From Isurus oxyrinchus (lineage: Eukaryota): a stretch of 64,000 nucleotides of DNA. Below, piece by piece: positions 60,311-64,000 of the stretch. The stretch covers positions 62,001 to 126,000 of the forward strand of contig JANJGN010001130.1 of the NCBI GenBank assembly GCA_026770705.1, written 5' to 3'. The translations under genes and the position numbers were made by a program. Position 1 is the first letter of the stretch. Each line of letters starts with the position of its first letter. Below the pieces are notes generated by a model. The model saw nothing but the letters and a program-made list of their open reading frames with translations. It was not told the origin of the DNA and made no database searches.

Positions 60311-60999
60311 TGAACAGTCGATGGCCCTTCAACCACATTCTTGGCACGCAAAGGGTTAACAGTTTTCTAACAGTGCGAGGCAAAGAGCTGCTTTCTCACT
60401 TGGTACCAAGACTTCCAATTTTGTCTCACAGAGACACATCCACCCTTTCTAATTAAACACACAGAGGGAGCAGCACAGGAAGAGGTCATTCAGCCCAAGC
60501 AGAGCGTGTGGGCAGTTCCCCCCCAGGCGAGCAGTCGGACAGGTTCTGGGTAAGTAACGGAACGATTGGAATTCACTTCCACCACCAACACCGTCCTTTG
60601 TTGATGTTGTGACTTTATAAAGACAGATTCCAATGATTGATGCCTTTGAAAGATTTCTACTGATTATTGAGATCTGGGTGTGAGGCTCAAGTCTGTTGTA
60701 CAGAACATCTTTCTAGCTCAAGGGATGAGGGAAGTGCAGAGACATGAGCTTTGGGATGCCCTGAGGTGGTGAAAGGTGCTATAGAAATGCAAATCCTTCA
60801 TTGTTTGTCTTACTTAAAGCCTTGTAACTCTCTGCAGAACACCTATCATCCCACAGAGAATCAAATTAGTCTGTGAAGACATTGTCTAAAAGCAGTTCTG
60901 ATCTCTCGAGAGCTGTCGGACAAGAGGTGAGGTCTCATTAACTCCTTTCTCTTTCACAGCTTGAGAGTGAGAAGTGGATGGAATATCTGGGAGTGGACG

Positions 61000-63227
61000 A
61001 TGGTCGGGAAATCTTACTTCCTCCTGTCACTTCTCCAAGGTAATATCATCATCAGCTCGGACAGATTTATGTTTAACAGTCTTTGTAAAATTTCATTCTT
61101 ATCTCTTTATCTCTGTAACCTCCTGCAACTCACCCAAACAACTTCCCAGATCTCTGTGCTACTCCAATTCCGGCCTCTTGACCATCCCCCGATTCCCATC
61201 ACTCCAATACTGGCGGCCGTGCCTTCAGCTGCCTGGGGCCTGAGCTCTGGAATTCACTCCCTAAACCTCGGGGATGGAGGAGATCAGAGGGTTTCATTTT
61301 ACTGAGAATCACCACGACCACATCACAGCTGCAGTGAGAATAGACAGAGAGTCCAGCCCTCACACTTCCTGCACAGTTTCACCATAGCAACCACAATATG
61401 GAAATTTAAAAATACTGAAAGTTAAACTGAAGCTCAAACCAGTCAGTGTAGAGAGATGAGATGTTTACACAGTTTCCCTGTGTATCTTGTAGACACTGTG
61501 TTGGGTGGAAGACTGGCTTCACTAAACAGGGTCCTGAGGACCATGAGCCAATGTAGAATGAACTTGTCCACTCCAGTGTCCAGGATTCTCTTCCCTCCGT
61601 TGTGAAACCTTGGGGAGATCCCTGTGTGTCCTGTAGATGGTCCACACTGCAGCCACTGTGCCCCACTGATGGAGGGGGTGGATATCGAGTCTAGTGGATC
61701 TACAAACCATCCAGAGTTAAATATTGATATTTCTCTCCCCAGTTGGACTGTCACAAGAGTGGAAAGGCGACACGCCACGAGAGGTGACAGCACAGGAAGG
61801 TTTGTGTGTACAGATTTTATGTCATTACAGTTACTTATCAAATTTCGTAGGGAGATCACGTGTCGGAATCTGGTTGAAAGGAATAGATGGGAACCCTACA
61901 GCCTGAATGGTCTATAGCCTTTCACTCCGAGGTTCACAGTCACAGGGATCAAAGATTCCGCCATCGGACCCGACTGTCTGGAGACCTGAAAGATGGTGAC
62001 TGTTCCGTGATTATAAACAACATCAGACGGGAAGATGCAGGACCTTATTTTTTCAGAATAGAATTTGACAGCAGGAATAGATACAACTACTACCCTGTAA
62101 CCCAGCTTCACATTTCTGGTAAGTGCTGTGTTATAATTACAAAACAATTCACATTCAACACTCAATGGGAAATAACACAAACTGTGACGTTTACATATTA
62201 ACACAAAACACAGCTTATTATAACTTGCTATCTGATTCTCAATAACCTGGTGATTGCTTCCAGTTCAGTCCTAAAGCAACCTCTAATACTCACTTTAATA
62301 TCAATGATGAAAAGCATTAACTGTATTATCAGGTTACCACACCCATCAATCTCTCCTGTCCTGTTTAAAAGTCTGACGTATCGATAAAAGAAAGATGTGC
62401 ATTTCTGCAGCGCAATTTACCACCTCAGGAGGATCCAAATCCCTTCACAGCCAATGAAATTATTCCTGAATTGTAGTCACAGATGTAAAACACAGCAGGC
62501 AGTTTGTGCACAGCAAGATCCAACAAACCACAAGGTGATAAATCACCCAGATCACTGAGGAAATGAGAAGCCAGTGAACTCAAACCTCTGGTCTGATGAA
62601 GAGTCATACGGACTCGAAACGTTAACTCTGTCTTCCTCTCCACTGATACTGTCAGACCTGCTGAGTCTTTCCAGCAATTTTTGTTTTTGTTTCAGATTTC
62701 CAGCATCCACAGTATTCTGCTTTCAACTCCAATCTCTGGTCTGAGCCTCTTCTCTCATCCAGTGTTCTCAATTCACATGTCTCGGAGTGAACGTGTATTA
62801 AGCTGAGAGACAGAAACACTACTGCCAAAGAGCAAGAAAATCTCTCCTGATCATTGTAACCTCTCAGTTCTGATATCATCCTTTTAAAAGTGCTTTCTCT
62901 TGTGGCGCTGTGGTTTCTATTTGAACTGATGCTTCACATTATATTTCTCTAAAAGGATCCATTCTCTGTCTGTTAGATTTCACAGATAAACCCATGATAT
63001 TCCCTGCTGAAATTATTGCAGGAAAGCGTGTGGATGTAAGCTGCACCTTCAACACAACGTGCAATGGAACAGCAGCACCTGTCTTAACCTGGGACACTCC
63101 CACTGACGTACCTGGATCAGTCTCAAACACTGTAACTCAGCATGGTGTCACTCTGACCTATACTTCTGTTCTGACCCTGATCCCATCACTCAAACACCAT
63201 GGACACACTCTCAGCAATGTATTTTAG
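61000..63227 (+). pseudogene. Gene D: Siglec-like pseudogene (leader 61000..61039, V 61743..62118, truncated D2 62977..63215)
   Basis: V exon is 376 nt (not a multiple of 3) with an in-frame TGA at 61904-61906; D2 homology ends at 63215 just before the F-strand Cys, then TAG at 63225-63227 and the 33-bp array. Confidence 0.85.
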
Positions 63228-64000
63228 ACAGTGCAGCACTCCCTCTGTTCAGACGCTCCGACAGTGCAGCACTCCCTCAGTTCAGACCCTCCGACAGTGC
63301 AGCACTCCCTCAGTTCAGACCCACCAACAGTGCAGATTTACCTTTGTTCAGACCCTCCGACAGTGCAGCCTTCCCTCAGTTCAGACCCTCCGACTGTGCA
63401 GCACTCCCTCAGTTCAGACCCTCCAACAGTGCAGCACTCCCTCAGTTTAGACCCTCCAGCAGTGCAGCACTCCCTCAGTTCAAACCCTCCAACAGTGCAG
63501 CACTCCCTCAGTTTAGACCCTCCAACAGTGCAGCACTCCCTCAGTTCTGAGCGGCCGACAGTGCAGCTCTCCCTCAGTGCCAACACTCTGACAGTGCAGA
63601 ACTCCCTCAGTGCTGTCCCTCAAACAGAGCAGCACTCCCTCGCTGCTTATCCTCCATCAGTGCAGCACACCCTCAATATTGACGCGGCAACAGTGCAGCA
63701 ATCCCTCAGTACTGACCCCCTGACAGTGTAGCACTCCCACAATACTGACCCTATGACAGTGCAGTACTCCCTCAGTACTGACCCCCTAACAGGGTAGCAC
63801 TCCCTCAGTACTGACCCTCTGACATTGCAACACTGCCTCAGTACTGACCTCCTGACAGTGTAGCACTACCACAATACTGACCGACCGACAGTGCAGCACT
63901 CCCTCAGTACTGACCCCCTGACAGGGTAGCACTCCCTCAGTACTGATCCCCTGACAGTGTAGCACTCCCACAATACTGACCCTCCGGCAGTGCAGCACTC
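63226..64000 (-). repeat. 33-bp minisatellite running off the window end
   Basis: Variant units (ctcagttcagaccctccgacagtgcagcactcc). Confidence 0.93.

Noticed and set aside
60978-61917. Upstream ATG rescuing the gene D frameshift
   Set aside because: That frame reads neither the leader nor the V framework and stops at TAG ending 61917

Overview
Eukaryotic (vertebrate) genomic DNA, most likely a shark or ray judging from HE1-like and SacSINE1/DeuSINE-like SINEs and CR1 LINEs. The window is part of a tandem, plus-strand cluster of Siglec-like (sialic-acid-binding Ig-like lectin) receptor genes. I rebuilt the genes from AG/GT splice sites and intron phase; the ORF track shows only exon fragments. 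Gene A (52-16781) is intact: leader, V-set with the essential Arg, a D2 C2 domain, a 93-nt internally deleted mini-exon, seven near-identical 282-nt C2 exons, an uncharged TM, and a tail with ITIM (LLYTNI) plus ITSM-like (TEYAQI) motifs. It is about 1034-1065 aa and resembles an inhibitory CD33-related Siglec. Gene B (29471-36373) has a divergent MAG/CD22-like head whose V-set has Tyr in place of the essential Arg, joined to a copy of the 3' half of gene C; one exon is inactivated three ways and 3.5 kb carrying the cytoplasmic exons is missing. An orphan promoter/leader sits at about 37.9-39.8 kb. Gene C (40794-58204) has a V-set paralogous to A, a short stalk, a different TM and an unrelated tail with three YxN motifs. 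Gene D (61000-63227) is a pseudogene. Most rearrangement breakpoints coincide with a SINE-derived 33-bp minisatellite or short microhomologies. The rest is LINE, SINE and LTR debris, VNTRs, microsatellites and five assembly gaps. No database searches were possible, so family names come from recalled motifs.
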